Source: Defluviitaleaceae bacterium
GTDB lineage: Bacteria > Bacillota > Clostridia > Lachnospirales > WRAX01
Length of the DNA: 64,000 nucleotides
NCBI GenBank assembly: GCA_009779935.1
Contig: WRAX01000006.1
Span: forward strand, 21,748 to 85,747
Direction of reading: 5' to 3'
Position 1 is the stretch's first letter. Each line of letters starts with the position of its first letter. The notes under the pieces were generated by a model. It was not told where the DNA came from. It was given only the letters and a program-made list of their open reading frames with translations, and did no database searches. A program made the position numbers and the translations under genes. This document shows, one piece after another, positions 35,297 to 48,251 of this stretch.

Positions 35297-36682
35297 ATGC
35301 GCACCAGCGGGCTTTTAATGCACATAACATCCCTTTACACAAATTTTGGGATTGGGGATTTAGGTAAAGCGGCCTATGATTTTGTTGATTTTTTGCAGAT
35401 GGGCAAGCAAAGCATTTGGCAGATTTTGCCCATAAACCCCACAGGTTTTGGGGACTCGCCATATCAATGTTTTTCCACATTTGCAGGCAACCCATTGCTT
35501 ATCTGCCCCGATAAAATGGTGGATATGGGCTTGCTTAATAAAAATGATTTGCACCACAACTTTAATTTCCCCAACAATATTGTGGATTATGCCTGCGTTA
35601 CGCAACTTAAAAACAACCTTTTTCGCCGTGCTTATCAGGCTTTTGTGCAATGCAAAAATTTTGCTTCATTTAATAGGGCAAATGCCCATTGGCTGGAAGG
35701 TTACGCCAAATTTATGGCTTTTAAGGCCAACGATGCGGACGAGGCGGATTATCAAAAATTCCTTCAATACATATTTTTTAAGCAGTTTGGTGAATTAAAG
35801 TCATATGCGGGCGGCAAAGGCATCAAAATTATGGGTGACATGCCTATTTTTGTGGCTTTTGACAGTGCTGACCGCTGGGAAAATCCCCATCTGTTTCAAC
35901 TGGACGCAGATGGGCAACCCACGGCCGTTGCGGGCGTACCCCCCGACTATTTTTCGGAAGATGGGCAGCTTTGGGGCAATCCCCTTTACAATTGGAAAGC
36001 CCACAAAGCCGATAATTACACATGGTGGGTAAACCGCCTAAAAAAAGCATTGGAATGTTTTGATATTGTGCGCTTGGACCATTTTAGGGGCTTTGAAAGC
36101 TATTGGGCCATACCCAATGGGGCAAGCACCGCAAAAGAGGGTAAGTGGATGCCCGGGCCCGGCAAAGCTTTTTTTGATGCCATAAAGCAAAAATTAGGGC
36201 AAATACCCCTTGTGGCGGAAGATTTGGGCATTATAACCCCTGCCGTAGAAAAATTGTTGATAAAAACAGGCTTACCGGGGATGCGTGTGCTGCAATTCGC
36301 CTTTGGCGGTAACGCACAAAACACCCACCTGCCCCACAATTTTACATGCAACACAGTGGTATACACAGGCACCCATGATAATGACACAACAGCAGGGTGG
36401 TACGCCGTAGCAGATGAAAAAACCTGTGACCATTTCCGCAGATACCTTAATGTAAACGGCGAAAACCCCGCCCATGATATGATGCGTGCCGCATTTCTAT
36501 CCACCGCCAAAATGGCAATGATCCCCATACAGGACCTGCTTGCACTGGACAAACAACACCGTATGAACACCCCCGGCACCACCCATGGCAACTGGCAATT
36601 TCGCCTTGCTCAAAACCAGCTGCATCCAAATTTGGCGGCTCAACTACAAACCCTGTCCCAATTATCAAACCGCAACTGCTAA
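35297..36682 (+). CDS. malQ: 4-alpha-glucanotransferase (amylomaltase)
   Basis: SGLLMHITSLYTNFGIGDLGKAAYDFVDFL...WQILPINPTGFGDSPYQCFSTFAGNPLLI and the GH77 block VRLDHFRGF. Confidence 0.9.
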   Translation: MRTSGLLMHITSLYTNFGIGDLGKAAYDFVDFLQMGKQSIWQILPINPTGFGDSPYQCFSTFAGNPLLICPDKMVDMGLLNKNDLHHNFNFPNNIVDYACVTQLKNNLFRRAYQAFVQCKNFASFNRANAHWLEGYAKFMAFKANDADEADYQKFLQYIFFKQFGELKSYAGGKGIKIMGDMPIFVAFDSADRWENPHLFQLDADGQPTAVAGVPPDYFSEDGQLWGNPLYNWKAHKADNYTWWVNRLKKALECFDIVRLDHFRGFESYWAIPNGASTAKEGKWMPGPGKAFFDAIKQKLGQIPLVAEDLGIITPAVEKLLIKTGLPGMRVLQFAFGGNAQNTHLPHNFTCNTVVYTGTHDNDTTAGWYAVADEKTCDHFRRYLNVNGENPAHDMMRAAFLSTAKMAMIPIQDLLALDKQHRMNTPGTTHGNWQFRLAQNQLHPNLAAQLQTLSQLSNRNC

Positions 36683-36699
36683 AAATTTTACAAAAAAGC

Positions 36700-36728
36700 T
36701 TGCGTTGGGGTTGGATATGTGATAGAAT
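36700..36728 (+). promoter_or_regulatory. sigmaA-type promoter for rpsO
   Basis: TTGCGT (36700-36705), a 17-nt spacer, then TGaTAGAAT (36720-36728). Confidence 0.5.
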
Positions 36729-36743
36729 ATTTAGGTTGTAAAG

Positions 36744-36789
36744 CCCACACTGGGTTGCCGGTCGCTCCGTCCGCTACTTGGTGTGTGGG
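36744..36789 (+). promoter_or_regulatory. rpsO leader stem-loop (possible S15 autoregulatory structure)
   Basis: cccacac (36744-36750) pairs with gtgtggg (36783-36789), just upstream of the AGGAGG RBS. S15 is known to autoregulate through leader structures. Confidence 0.3.
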
Positions 36790-36814
36790 ATAATTATATT
36801 AGGAGGAAGCAAAA

Positions 36815-37075
36815 ATGACAATTGACAAACAAGCAATTATCGAAAAATTTGGCAGAAAACCCGGGGACACAGGTTCTCCGGAAGTGCAGGTTGCTTTGCT
36901 AACCGCCCGCATCAATAGCCTTACAGAGCATCTTAAAACCCATAAAAAGGATCATCACAGCCGCCGTGGCTTGCTTATGATGGTTGGCCAACGCCGTGGG
37001 CTTTTGGATTATATCATCAAAACCGACATTAACAAATACCGTGATTTGATTGCCGAGTTAGGAATTAGAAAATAA
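36815..37075 (+). CDS. rpsO: 30S ribosomal protein S15
   Basis: [45 protein letters not shown] is canonical S15. Confidence 0.97.
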   Translation: MTIDKQAIIEKFGRKPGDTGSPEVQVALLTARINSLTEHLKTHKKDHHSRRGLLMMVGQRRGLLDYIIKTDINKYRDLIAELGIRK

Positions 37076-37081
37076 TGCTTG

Positions 37082-37107
37082 GGGGCGGCGTTTTGTCGCC
37101 CTTTTTA
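37082..37107 (+). terminator. rho-independent terminator
   Basis: gggcggc/gtcgccc stem (one mismatch) followed by TTTTT. Confidence 0.6.
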
Positions 37108-37175
37108 TTGTGGGCGATAGAGCAAAGCCCGCTTTGTAAACCGTTACCAAAATTTAACTGATGAAGGAGAACATA

Positions 37176-39392
37176 ATGCACAGAACTTACGAAATGACAC
37201 TGGGTGGAAGCCCGTTTAAGGTAGAAATTGGGCGTGTGGCGGAGCAAGCCGATGGTGCCGCCGTTATCCATTACGGCGAAACCGTTGTGCTTTGCACTGC
37301 CACCATGAGCGAAAAACCACGGGCAGGCATAGACTTTTTCCCCCTTTCATGTGATTATGAAGAGCGTTTATATGCCGTTGGCAAAATCCCCGGCGGGTTT
37401 ATTAAAAGGGAGGGTCGCCCTACCGAGAAGGCGGTTCTCGCATCCCGCTTAATTGACAGGCCTATACGCCCCCTTTTCCCCGAAAACATGCGCAATGACG
37501 TGGCCGTTGTGGCCACCGTGTGGTGTTGTGACCAAACCCACGCCCCCGAAGTTGCCGCAATGATAGGCGCAAACATAGCTTTGGCAATATCCGACATACC
37601 CTTTAATGGTCCTGTTTCCAGTGTAAACATTGGGCTTGTGGATGGCCAGCTTATCGTTTGCCCAAATACAGAGCAAAGGGAAATTAGCCAACTGCACCTT
37701 ACCGTTTCATCCACCAAACATAAGGTGATGATGATAGAGGCCGGAGCTAATGAAGTGGACGAAGATGTAATGTTCAAAGCTATCCAGCTTGCCCATGACG
37801 AAAATGTGAAGATTGTGGAGTTTATCGAGTCCATAGTAGCAAAAGAAGGCAAGCCCAAAAAATCCTTTGAATCTATGGAAATCCCCGCCGAAATTTATTC
37901 TGCCGTTAAAAACTTTATCGGCGCAGGGCGCATGGAAGCCGCTGTTTTCTTCGAGCAAAAACAGTTGCGGGACGAGGCTTTGTCCAAAATTAAAGAAGAA
38001 ACCCTTGCAGCCATAGCCCCCCAGTTTGAGGATGTGGACGGTATCGATGGCTGGATAGGGCAAGCCATATACAAATTTGAAAAAGAAACCGTGCGCAAAA
38101 TGATTTTAGTTGACGGCAAACGCCCTGACGGGCGCAGTGCCAACCAATTACGTGGGTTGCACAGCTCGGTGGATATTTTGCCACGCACCCATGGCTCCGC
38201 CATTTTCTCCCGTGGGCAAACCCAGGTTATGACAGTTACCACACTAAGCTCCATGAGCGATGTGCAAAGGCTTGACGGGCTGGATTTAGGTGAAGAGCAA
38301 AAGCGTTATATGCACCATTACAACTTCCCCAGCTATTCTGTCGGCGAAACCCGCCCCAACCGCGGCCCCGGCCGGCGTGAAATTGGGCATGGTGCATTGG
38401 CCGAAAAAGCCCTAATACCCGTACTGCCCAGTGTGGAAGACTTCCCTTACGCCATCCGTACCGTTTCGGAGGTTGTAAGTTCCAACGGCTCCACATCCCA
38501 GGCGGCGGTTTGCGGCAGCTCTTTATCCCTTATGGCGGCAGGTGTGCCGCTTAAAAAGCCTGTTGCAGGCATTTCTGTGGGTCTTGTAACAGGTAGTGCT
38601 GATGATGATTATATTTTAATTGACGATATCCAAGGCATTGAGGACTTCTTCGGCGATATGGACTTTAAGGTGGCAGGCACAGATGCAGGCATCACCGCCA
38701 TCCAGCTGGATATGAAAATAGAAGGGCTAACCCACGAAATTATCAAAGCCAGCTTGGACCATTGCCGCAAAACCCGCCTGGAAATTTTGGAAAATAGCAT
38801 GAACCCCGCCATAAGCACCCCACGCCCGGCAATTTCCCAATACGCACCAAAAATCGTTATGATACAAATCGACCCCGAGCGTATGGGAGAAGTTATCGGG
38901 CCAAAAGGCAAGGTTATCCACCAAATTATTGATGAATGCGGCGGCAGCAAGCGGGAGCTTGGCGGCATTTCTATCGATACCATGGATGATGGAAAAATTT
39001 ACGTTGTTGGTACAAATATGGACAATATCCAAAAAGCCGTGGCCATGATAAACCTGATTTTAGAAGTGCCGGAAGTAGGCACCGTATTTAACGGAAAGAT
39101 TGTGCGCCTTATGTCCTTCGGTGCTTTTGTGGAAATTGCACCGGGCAAGGATGGGCTTTGCCACATCAGCCAGCTGGCTGTGGAAAGGGTAAATGCCGTG
39201 GAGGATGTTGTTAAAATAGGCGATATGCTTGCCGTGCGCCTTATCGAAATTGATGACACAGGCCGCCTAAACTTCTCCCATAAAGCCACCATCCCCGGTT
39301 ATGAGGACAGCAAACCGCCGGCCAAAAAACCAAGAAGCGATGGCCCACCAAACCGTGGTGGTGGCGGTGACCGCAGGCCGCCAAGGAGATAA
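37176..39392 (+). CDS. pnp: polyribonucleotide nucleotidyltransferase (PNPase)
   Basis: Two RNase PH domains plus KH and S1 domains. The ATG at 37176 follows GAAGGAG. Basic C-terminal tail NRGGGGDRRPPRR. Confidence 0.95.
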   Translation: MHRTYEMTLGGSPFKVEIGRVAEQADGAAVIHYGETVVLCTATMSEKPRAGIDFFPLSCDYEERLYAVGKIPGGFIKREGRPTEKAVLASRLIDRPIRPLFPENMRNDVAVVATVWCCDQTHAPEVAAMIGANIALAISDIPFNGPVSSVNIGLVDGQLIVCPNTEQREISQLHLTVSSTKHKVMMIEAGANEVDEDVMFKAIQLAHDENVKIVEFIESIVAKEGKPKKSFESMEIPAEIYSAVKNFIGAGRMEAAVFFEQKQLRDEALSKIKEETLAAIAPQFEDVDGIDGWIGQAIYKFEKETVRKMILVDGKRPDGRSANQLRGLHSSVDILPRTHGSAIFSRGQTQVMTVTTLSSMSDVQRLDGLDLGEEQKRYMHHYNFPSYSVGETRPNRGPGRREIGHGALAEKALIPVLPSVEDFPYAIRTVSEVVSSNGSTSQAAVCGSSLSLMAAGVPLKKPVAGISVGLVTGSADDDYILIDDIQGIEDFFGDMDFKVAGTDAGITAIQLDMKIEGLTHEIIKASLDHCRKTRLEILENSMNPAISTPRPAISQYAPKIVMIQIDPERMGEVIGPKGKVIHQIIDECGGSKRELGGISIDTMDDGKIYVVGTNMDNIQKAVAMINLILEVPEVGTVFNGKIVRLMSFGAFVEIAPGKDGLCHISQLAVERVNAVEDVVKIGDMLAVRLIEIDDTGRLNFSHKATIPGYEDSKPPAKKPRSDGPPNRGGGGDRRPPRR

Positions 39393-39393
39393 G

Positions 39394-39864
39394 ATGTATT
39401 CCATTGAAACAACAACCTGTATAATGATTCAAAATCCCAAAACGGGTCAAGTTCTTGTCCAGGACCGCAAGAAAAAATATCCGGGCTGGGCATTCCCCGG
39501 CGGGCATTTGGAAGACGGCGAAAGCATGTACAACTGCGCCATTCGTGAAGTTAAGGAAGAAACAGGGCTTGATGTGGAAAATTTAGAGCTTTGTGGCATT
39601 GTACACTGGTTGGACCGTGAAAATGGCGGGCGTTACATGTGCTTTATGTATAAAACCACCCATTTTAGCGGCAACTTAACACCCCAAACTGATGAGTGGG
39701 ATCATTTTTGGATGGATATAAGCGAACTTACATCCGCCCCAAAGGAAAAGTTTTCATCACCCCACTACGCCCTATCGCCCCTATTTCACCAACAAGGCAA
39801 GTATAGCGAAGTTTTTATTAAACACAGCGGCGGCAAACCCCCATGGGAAGTTGAATACATGTAG
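39394..39864 (+). CDS. NUDIX hydrolase
   Basis: Nudix box GGHLEDGESMYNCAIREVKEETGL. The ATG at 39394 sits right after the pnp stop. Confidence 0.8.
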   Translation: MYSIETTTCIMIQNPKTGQVLVQDRKKKYPGWAFPGGHLEDGESMYNCAIREVKEETGLDVENLELCGIVHWLDRENGGRYMCFMYKTTHFSGNLTPQTDEWDHFWMDISELTSAPKEKFSSPHYALSPLFHQQGKYSEVFIKHSGGKPPWEVEYM

Positions 39865-39923
39865 GGCGGGGGCAACGCAGGCGATAGCCAGCTGCCCCCA
39901 CCCTTCGCATGGAGGAGAGCAAG

Positions 39924-40691
39924 ATGCTAAGCAAAAATCTTTTTGAAACATTAAGTGAAAAAGCAAAAGAACTCAAATACTCGTCAATAACCTATATGGA
40001 ATTTGACAACTGCAAAAACGCCGAAATTTTGCATAATTGCGATGATTTAATTCTTCTGAGAGATGGGACAATGCTACACTTCGCAACCAGAAATTTTGAT
40101 ATGCTCATCAAAGAAATTACCAAAATGCCCGGTAAATTGCGCCTGCACTTTGTACCAAAAAAGTTTGCCCAGCAATTAATCGAAATCGGTTTTATTGAAT
40201 GGGCGGAGTTTGCCGATTTTTTTAACACCGTTTTGCCTAAAACGGCAACGCAGCTTGGCGATGTATGCGAAACCGAATTCCTTAACCTAAATGGCTGTGA
40301 TGAGGTTTCCTCCCTGTCAAAACGTTGCACCCTCCAAACCAGAGGTTTTGAAGGTGAAAGTGCGGGGTGGTTTGCAGAATGGCTGGGATGCCCTGACAAC
40401 AAGGTGATAATCCAAACCAAGGATTCCCGAATTGTGGGTTATTGTTGTGTTTCCATTTATAACAACGGCACAAATCTTTGGATTAGGGAAATGGCCGTAT
40501 GCCCAAACCACCAAGGTACAGGGCTTGGCAAAAAACTGATGGAGCAAGCAATAAAATACGGCGTGGAAAATGGAGCCGTAAAAGGCTTTTTAGCAGCCGA
40601 TTTGCTTAATAAAAACGCCATTGCACTTTATAACAAATATGATTTTTATGTTAAAGATGATGAAACCGAGCTTCAAATGATAAAGGAGTAA
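39924..40691 (+). CDS. GNAT-family acetyltransferase (C-terminal GNAT domain)
   Basis: HQGTGLGKKLMEQAIKYG motif. The ATG at 39924 follows GGAGGAG. Confidence 0.7.
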   Translation: MLSKNLFETLSEKAKELKYSSITYMEFDNCKNAEILHNCDDLILLRDGTMLHFATRNFDMLIKEITKMPGKLRLHFVPKKFAQQLIEIGFIEWAEFADFFNTVLPKTATQLGDVCETEFLNLNGCDEVSSLSKRCTLQTRGFEGESAGWFAEWLGCPDNKVIIQTKDSRIVGYCCVSIYNNGTNLWIREMAVCPNHQGTGLGKKLMEQAIKYGVENGAVKGFLAADLLNKNAIALYNKYDFYVKDDETELQMIKE

Positions 40692-40694
40692 AAT

Positions 40695-41174
40695 ATGATA
40701 ACTTTGCGACCAATAACGGACGATAACTATGAAGAAGTCGTGGATACACTGGAAGTGACGGAGGAGCAGCAAGAATTTGTAGCAGATAACATGGATAGCT
40801 TAGCAGAAGCCTATGTATATTGGACCCAAACCGGCTTAAAGCCCATAGCCATGGCCATCTACAGCGATGACGCCCCTGTGGGCTTTGCCCAATTTTGCTA
40901 CGAAACCCCCGAAAGCAACCCGGAAAACATAGGCGAGCCGATATATTTTTTCTGGCGGTTTATGATTGACAAAAACCACCAAGGTAAAGGATATGGAAAA
41001 ACGGCACTTGCCAAAGTGATTGAAATGATACGCACAAAGCCGCTGGGCAAAGCCAATTGGCTTTACACATCGGTTGTGCCGGAAAGCCCTGCACGCCAAC
41101 TTTATCTGAATGCCGGTTTTGTGGAAACAGGTGATGTGGACGAGGGTGAAAATGTAATGCGTATGCCGATTTGA
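40695..41174 (+). CDS. GNAT-family acetyltransferase (diamine/spermidine acetyltransferase-like)
   Basis: FMIDKNHQGKGYGKTALAKVIEMI motif. 159 aa. Confidence 0.8.
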   Translation: MITLRPITDDNYEEVVDTLEVTEEQQEFVADNMDSLAEAYVYWTQTGLKPIAMAIYSDDAPVGFAQFCYETPESNPENIGEPIYFFWRFMIDKNHQGKGYGKTALAKVIEMIRTKPLGKANWLYTSVVPESPARQLYLNAGFVETGDVDEGENVMRMPI

Positions 41175-41184
41175 AGGTGATAAA

Positions 41185-41625
41185 ATGGATTTTTTGATAC
41201 AGCAACTCGACCATGCTAAGGACATACCCCTGCCCGCCTACGAAACGGCAGGTGCTGCGGGTATGGATTTACGTGCCTGTATAGCAGAGCCTATAACCTT
41301 AAAACCCATGGAGCGCAAAGCAATCCCCCTTGGCTTCAAAATGGCGTTGCCGCCGGGTTTTGAAGCCCAAATACGCCCCCGTAGCGGGCTTGGGCTTAAA
41401 CACGGCATATCCATGCCCAACGCCCCCGGCACCATTGATGCGGATTATCGTGGCGAAGTAAGCGTACTTCTAATCAACTTAGGTGGCCGGGATTTCACCA
41501 TAAACCGGGGTGACCGTATAGCACAAATGATAATAGCCCGTGTGGAGCAAGTGCACTTTACCCCCGTAACCATTTTACCCAACAGCCAACGGGGCGATAG
41601 GGGATTTGGATCGACAGGTATATAG
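41185..41625 (+). CDS. dut: dUTP diphosphatase
   Basis: AGAAGMDLRA, RPRSGLGLKHGI, GTIDADYRGE and the C-terminal RGDRGFGSTG motifs. Confidence 0.93.
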   Translation: MDFLIQQLDHAKDIPLPAYETAGAAGMDLRACIAEPITLKPMERKAIPLGFKMALPPGFEAQIRPRSGLGLKHGISMPNAPGTIDADYRGEVSVLLINLGGRDFTINRGDRIAQMIIARVEQVHFTPVTILPNSQRGDRGFGSTGI

Positions 41626-41637
41626 TTTTTCAAAAGT

Positions 41638-41667
41638 AAAAACCCCTGCATTTAAGCGGGGGTTTTT
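41638..41667. terminator. bidirectional hairpin terminator between dut and veg
   Basis: aaaaacccctgc...gcgggggttttt is flanked by an A-run and a T-run. Confidence 0.65.
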
Positions 41668-41690
41668 GAAACTTTTTAAGCTATGAAGTT

Positions 41691-41936
41691 TTAGTGGCTG
41701 AACACCGTGATTTCAACGGATTTTGTCAGCACGTCGGTGTAGCTGTAGGAGACAGTACGGTTGGCTCCCGCTTCCCCATCCAGCATTACGGTGAAGATGG
41801 AGGGATAAACACTCTCAATAGTTCCTGAGCTAACAACAGATTTTTGCCTGCCCTTGTTGGTTTCCAACATAACCTTGGAGCCAACATGCTGAGAAATGTT
41901 TTTTCTAAGCATCGTCACATCGGCACGAGCATACAT
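41691..41936 (-). CDS. veg: Veg (biofilm-formation stimulator) family protein
   Basis: GSKVMLETNKGRQKSVVSSGTIESVYPSIFTVMLD...RTVSYSYTDVLTKSVEI is collinear with B. subtilis Veg. The ATG at 41936 follows GAAGGGG. Confidence 0.8.
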   Translation of the reverse strand: MYARADVTMLRKNISQHVGSKVMLETNKGRQKSVVSSGTIESVYPSIFTVMLDGEAGANRTVSYSYTDVLTKSVEITVFSH

Positions 41937-42024
41937 AAACAACACCCCTTCTTACACTTTTTAATATTAAGTTAACAGGACAGAAACATCCTTGTCATAA
42001 TTATATACCAAATCCCTATTTTTG

Positions 42025-44058
<2,034 letters not shown>

Positions 44059-44059
<1 letters not shown>

Positions 44060-44775
44060 TGCTCCTTACCTTCCTCGCAACCTCTCCCACCACCTGGTCG
44101 GAGAGGTTGAGTTTTGAAATAGAACGTGGGCTTTTGCGGTATGACCGGTGGCAGTCCCTGTTAAACGGGCTTGGTGTAACCTTGCAGGTTGCACTTGGTG
44201 CGGTACTTTTGGGCGTTACCATCGGGCTGTTGCTTGCCCTTATGCGTATTTCCAAATTCAAAATCTTAAAAGCTATTTCTGCCACCTATCTCAGCATAAT
44301 CCGTGGCACCCCCGTAACTTTACAGTTGCTAATTTGGTGGTTTGTGGTTTTTGTGCCTACGGGCTTGTCTCAATTATGGGTTGCTATCATAGCTTTTGGT
44401 GTAAATTCGGGCGCATATGTATGCGAAATTTTTCGTGGCGGCATTTTGGCGGTGGATAAGGGGCAAACGGAGGCGGGCAGGTCGCTGGGGTTGTCCGGCG
44501 GCAAAACTTTGGGTTATATTGTGTTGCCCCAAGCCCTTAAAAATGCCCTGCCCAGCCTTGGTAACGAATTTATTATGCTTATCAAAGAAACATCCATCGT
44601 AGGCTTTATTGGCATGGTGGATTTAACCCGTGCGGCAAATATGATAAACAGCCGCACCTTTGCGCCTTTTGTGCCGCTAATTTCTGCTGGTATTTTGTAT
44701 TGGGGCATTATTACCATCCTAACATGGTTACTTGGATCGCTAGAGAGGAGGTTGCGCAAAAGTGATAATCGTTGA
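44059..44775 (+). CDS. amino-acid ABC transporter permease
   Basis: HisMQ-type permease pattern ([28 protein letters not shown]). The ATG overlaps the upstream stop. Confidence 0.88.
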
Positions 44776-45487
44776 TGGTTTGACAAAATCCTTCGGCAAT
44801 GCGACAATTTTGAACAATATTTCCCAGGAAATATCAGATGGGGAGCGGCTGGTTGTTATCGGGCCATCAGGCAGTGGCAAATCCACATTTTTGCGTTGCC
44901 TTAACTTGCTGGAACAACCCACCGGCGGGCGCATTTTGGTGGATGATGTGGATATTACCGCTAAAAAAACTGATATTAATGCCATACGCCGCAAAATGGG
45001 CATGGTTTTCCAGCACTTTAACCTTTTCCCCCACAAAACAGTGCTTGGCAACCTTACCCTTGCCCCTGTACAAACAGGACTGATGAAAAAGGATGAAGCG
45101 GAAAAAACCGCCATGCAACTGCTAAACCGTGTTGGACTGGCAGACAAGGCAGATGCTTATCCCGTACAATTATCAGGCGGGCAAAAACAGCGTGTTGCCA
45201 TTGCCCGCAGCCTGGCCATGCGCCCCCGCATAATGCTGTTTGACGAGCCCACATCCGCATTGGACCCGGAAATGGTAGGCGAGGTGCTGGATGTTATGCG
45301 GGATTTGGCAAAAGAAGGGATGACCATGGTTGTGGTAACCCACGAAATGCACTTTGCCCGTGATGTGGGCAGCCGTGTACTTTTTATGTGCGACGGTGTT
45401 ATAGCAGAGCAAGGCACGCCGCAAGAAGTATTTGAAAACCCTCAATGCGCCCGCCTGCAACAGTTTTTGAACAGTATCTCGTTTTAG
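44762..45487 (+). CDS. amino-acid ABC transporter ATP-binding protein
   Basis: [25 protein letters not shown] and [11 protein letters not shown]. Confidence 0.92.
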   Translation: MIIVDGLTKSFGNATILNNISQEISDGERLVVIGPSGSGKSTFLRCLNLLEQPTGGRILVDDVDITAKKTDINAIRRKMGMVFQHFNLFPHKTVLGNLTLAPVQTGLMKKDEAEKTAMQLLNRVGLADKADAYPVQLSGGQKQRVAIARSLAMRPRIMLFDEPTSALDPEMVGEVLDVMRDLAKEGMTMVVVTHEMHFARDVGSRVLFMCDGVIAEQGTPQEVFENPQCARLQQFLNSISF

Positions 45488-45533
45488 CCGCCATGCCAAC
45501 CGCCATGTTGCCAGAAGTGATGGAGGAGTTTAG

Positions 45534-46220
45534 ATGATTAAGTATTTCAAGAAAGACAAGGTTTTGGTGTTTTTTGTAACCTTCATTATGGCTGTAACCA
45601 GTGCATTTTTTGTTTCATATGGTCTTTTTGCAGGGTGGGTTACAAATGCACTTCTTGAAAACGAAGTCGAAGTAATAGTTGGTGTTATTGCCGCCGCCGG
45701 GTTTTTACTCTCATCAATATTAGTGCTATTCATTCAGCAATCACTTTTGAACACCATGGTTGCAAGGATGAGGTTGAGCATACAAAAAGATTTGGCCGAA
45801 AACTTGCTTCGTCAAAAAGAAAGTGTTTCCGGTGTTCTAAATATGTATAACCAAGAAATCGACACGGTATTGAATGGATATATCCGAAATATCCCATTAA
45901 TGTTTAACCTGTTGTTTTCGTTTGCTTTGGCAACCATTTATGCTCTATTTTTATCTTGGCAGATAACGGTTGGTTTGGTAGCGGTTTCAATAGTTTCTGT
46001 TAGCGTCAATCATTTGTACAAAGGAAAGCTATCCTCGGCAATGGAGGATTTTAGAGAGAAAAACCAGCTTATCAATTCAGATGTGAAAGGTTATTTTTCT
46101 AATATAAAAATGATAAATTTTTTCGGGGCAAATAATTTTGTGCTAAAAAAATTCAAAGACACCCTCGACAAATCAAATAAAAGTTCGGAATTATCCCTTG
46201 ACATAGTACATTTTACATGA
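45534..46220 (+). pseudogene. ABC exporter (fused TMD-NBD type), N-terminal transmembrane fragment truncated by an inserted element
   Basis: About 218 aa of ABC exporter TMD. From 46188 the ORF reads into the element inverted repeat and stops. The matching NBD fragment is at 48325-48879. Confidence 0.75.
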
Positions 46221-46362
46221 TATACTTAAAAATTAGTTTACTAAATGCTGTTGGCTAAATAAACAAGCAATAGCACTTGACAAAGACGTGCTGATGGCTT
46301 GTAATGATTATAGCATTGATTGCGGGGTCAGTGAACGCCACAAAACGTGAGGATGATTTAAA

Positions 46363-46920
46363 GTGAAACAAAGATTACAAGGTATGTTAATAGGGTTTTT
46401 GGTAGCAATTATGGCTTTTGGCACAATAACCGTGTTTGCTGCAACCGTCAGCCGAACCATTGAGGTTACATATGGTGTGAGTGTAGTAGTTGATGGCACT
46501 CGTCAAGACTTCGCAGAGGATATGTTGCCATTCGTATCTGATGGCAGAACATTTTTGCCTGTTCGTGGTATTGCTGATGCACTTGGGCTTGATGTGGATT
46601 GGGATGGTGTTACTTCTACCGTGTATTTGACCAGTCCAGTAGTTGTTGCAGACATCCCGCCAACAACAGAGCCGCCTACAACAACTCCAGCTACTACAAA
46701 TCTTGGTGTGACGAGAGCAGCTTACGAACGTATCACTTATGGTATGACTGTTAGCGAGGTTCAAGCTATAATTGGTAGAACACCATTTTCTGATACAACA
46801 GAAACATTTGGGCGAATTACAGCTCGGTCTATTATGTGGTTCGATACAACTGTGAATGCTGGCATTAGTGTAATATTCGCAAACGGACGAGTAGAAGCCA
46901 TTTTGCAAGTTGGACTATAA
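46363..46920 (+). CDS. secreted or membrane-anchored protein with a copper-amine-oxidase-N-terminal-like domain (passenger gene)
   Basis: N-terminal TM or signal sequence. DGRTFLPVRGIADALGLDVDWDG is the typical Cu_amine_oxidN1 repeat. A Pro/Thr linker and a small C-terminal domain follow. Confidence 0.7.
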   Translation: MKQRLQGMLIGFLVAIMAFGTITVFAATVSRTIEVTYGVSVVVDGTRQDFAEDMLPFVSDGRTFLPVRGIADALGLDVDWDGVTSTVYLTSPVVVADIPPTTEPPTTTPATTNLGVTRAAYERITYGMTVSEVQAIIGRTPFSDTTETFGRITARSIMWFDTTVNAGISVIFANGRVEAILQVGL

Positions 46921-46945
46921 ACATAGTCTATACAATATCATTATC

Positions 46946-46972
46946 AAAACCCCTTACCGCAAGGGGTTTTTC
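46946..46972 (+). terminator. rho-independent terminator
   Basis: aaaacccctt (46946-46955) pairs with aaggggtttt (46961-46970), followed by T. Confidence 0.7.
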
Positions 46973-47024
46973 TTGAGCTCCATATCTAACCATGATATAA
47001 TTTGGCTAGAAAGGGGGTGAAATT

Positions 47025-47210
47025 ATGATTAGCAATGAACAACGAGCGCATGATTTAGCACTATTAGTGGTTAAGGTTCAGCTTCAACCAGAAAATAGCA
47101 AATCTATTCCAAAGCAAGTTGATGGCAAAGTTCATGTCAGCATTGATGAAATGTACTTTGAAGCCTATGAAATGGCATTAACTTCAATCAACAAGCGTTT
47201 CGCTGATTGA
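47025..47210 (+). CDS. hypothetical small protein (61 aa)
   Basis: AAGGGGGTGA RBS. No family recognised. Confidence 0.4.
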   Translation: MISNEQRAHDLALLVVKVQLQPENSKSIPKQVDGKVHVSIDEMYFEAYEMALTSINKRFAD

Positions 47211-47327
47211 TTTTCCATCAATTTCAATCACAACATCAGCAACACCTTTTTCAACTTCAAGCCGTTCTTGTACCACCAATACAAGGGCGGCTATTTCTTT
47301 CGGTTCGCCTTTGATGATTACTTCCAT
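47184..47327 (-). CDS. possible 47-aa small protein downstream of the transposase
   Basis: An AAGGAGG RBS lies right after the transposase stop. Sequence MEVIIKGEPKEIAALVLVVQERLEVEKGVADVVIEIDGKSISETLVD. It is below the track cutoff and its 3' end overlaps the 61-aa ORF. Confidence 0.25.
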   Translation of the reverse strand: MEVIIKGEPKEIAALVLVVQERLEVEKGVADVVIEIDGKSISETLVD

Positions 47328-47338
47328 AATTTTCCTCC

Positions 47339-48251
47339 TTAAAATAGTATACTCTGCTTCAAAACCACATCAAACATATCATTCTCACGATTGTTCCACC
47401 TAAAACAGAACTCATCAACATACCTTTGCAAATACTTAACAGATACATGATGATAGATGCCATAGATAGCATGTTTCAATATTGCCCAAAAACTTTCAAC
47501 GCCGTTGGTGTGAATATCACCATCTGAAAATGCCTTGCTGTGGTCTATCCTCAAATGCACAAAGTTGTTTTTGGTCAATGTATCATACCCTCTAAACTCG
47601 TCTGTCATAATTGTGTTGTTGTTTTCTTGCTTGGACACAGTTTTGAGGATTTCAATGAGTTGTTTTGCTGTAAGCCGCTGCCCTTTGTTGTTTGGTGGGG
47701 CAACTTTGGCAAATAACTTGTTTGTTTTCTCTGTCTACAACTCCTACTACTGGTGTTTTCTTTGTGCCACGCCCACGCTTATTTGGCGGTGTCAAGTCAT
47801 CGTCATCATCCTTTCTGTTTTTCTTTCTAGGCTTACCACCTACATAAGTTTCGTCAATCTCAACAATGGTGTCAAAAAACTCTTTGTGTTCTGCATTGCC
47901 CATTGCAATTCGGATTTGTTGAAGCATACGCCATGCGGTTTTGTATGTTACACCAATTTCTCTTTGTAACTGCAAACCTGATATGCCTTTTTTGCCATTT
48001 AGAAATAGGTGTATAGCGTAGAACCATTTACGTAAGTCTGTTGATGACTTTTCAAAGATTGTGTCTTTGAATGGCGAGAATGTAGACATACAGCCATTGC
48101 AACCAAAGACCTTCTTTCGCTTGCTTTCTTGATACACTCTACCAGAACCACAATGGTTACAACTCACCCCATTAGGATAACGGATTTCAAGAAAATGCTT
48201 GATGATTGCATCTTCCGTGGGGAACCTTTTCATAAATTCAAAAAATGTCAT
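47339..48251 (-). pseudogene. IS1595-family transposase, split by a frameshift
   Basis: N-terminal zinc ribbon (CNHCGSGRVY...CNGC) and the start of the DDE domain (VEIDETYVGGK) at 47652-48251. The DDE domain continues (IMTDEFRGY...HTNGVESFW) at 47339-47638. Shifting frame near 47715-47728 gives a continuous ...NKLFAKVAPPNNKGQRLTAKQLIEILKTVSKQENNN. Confidence 0.8.
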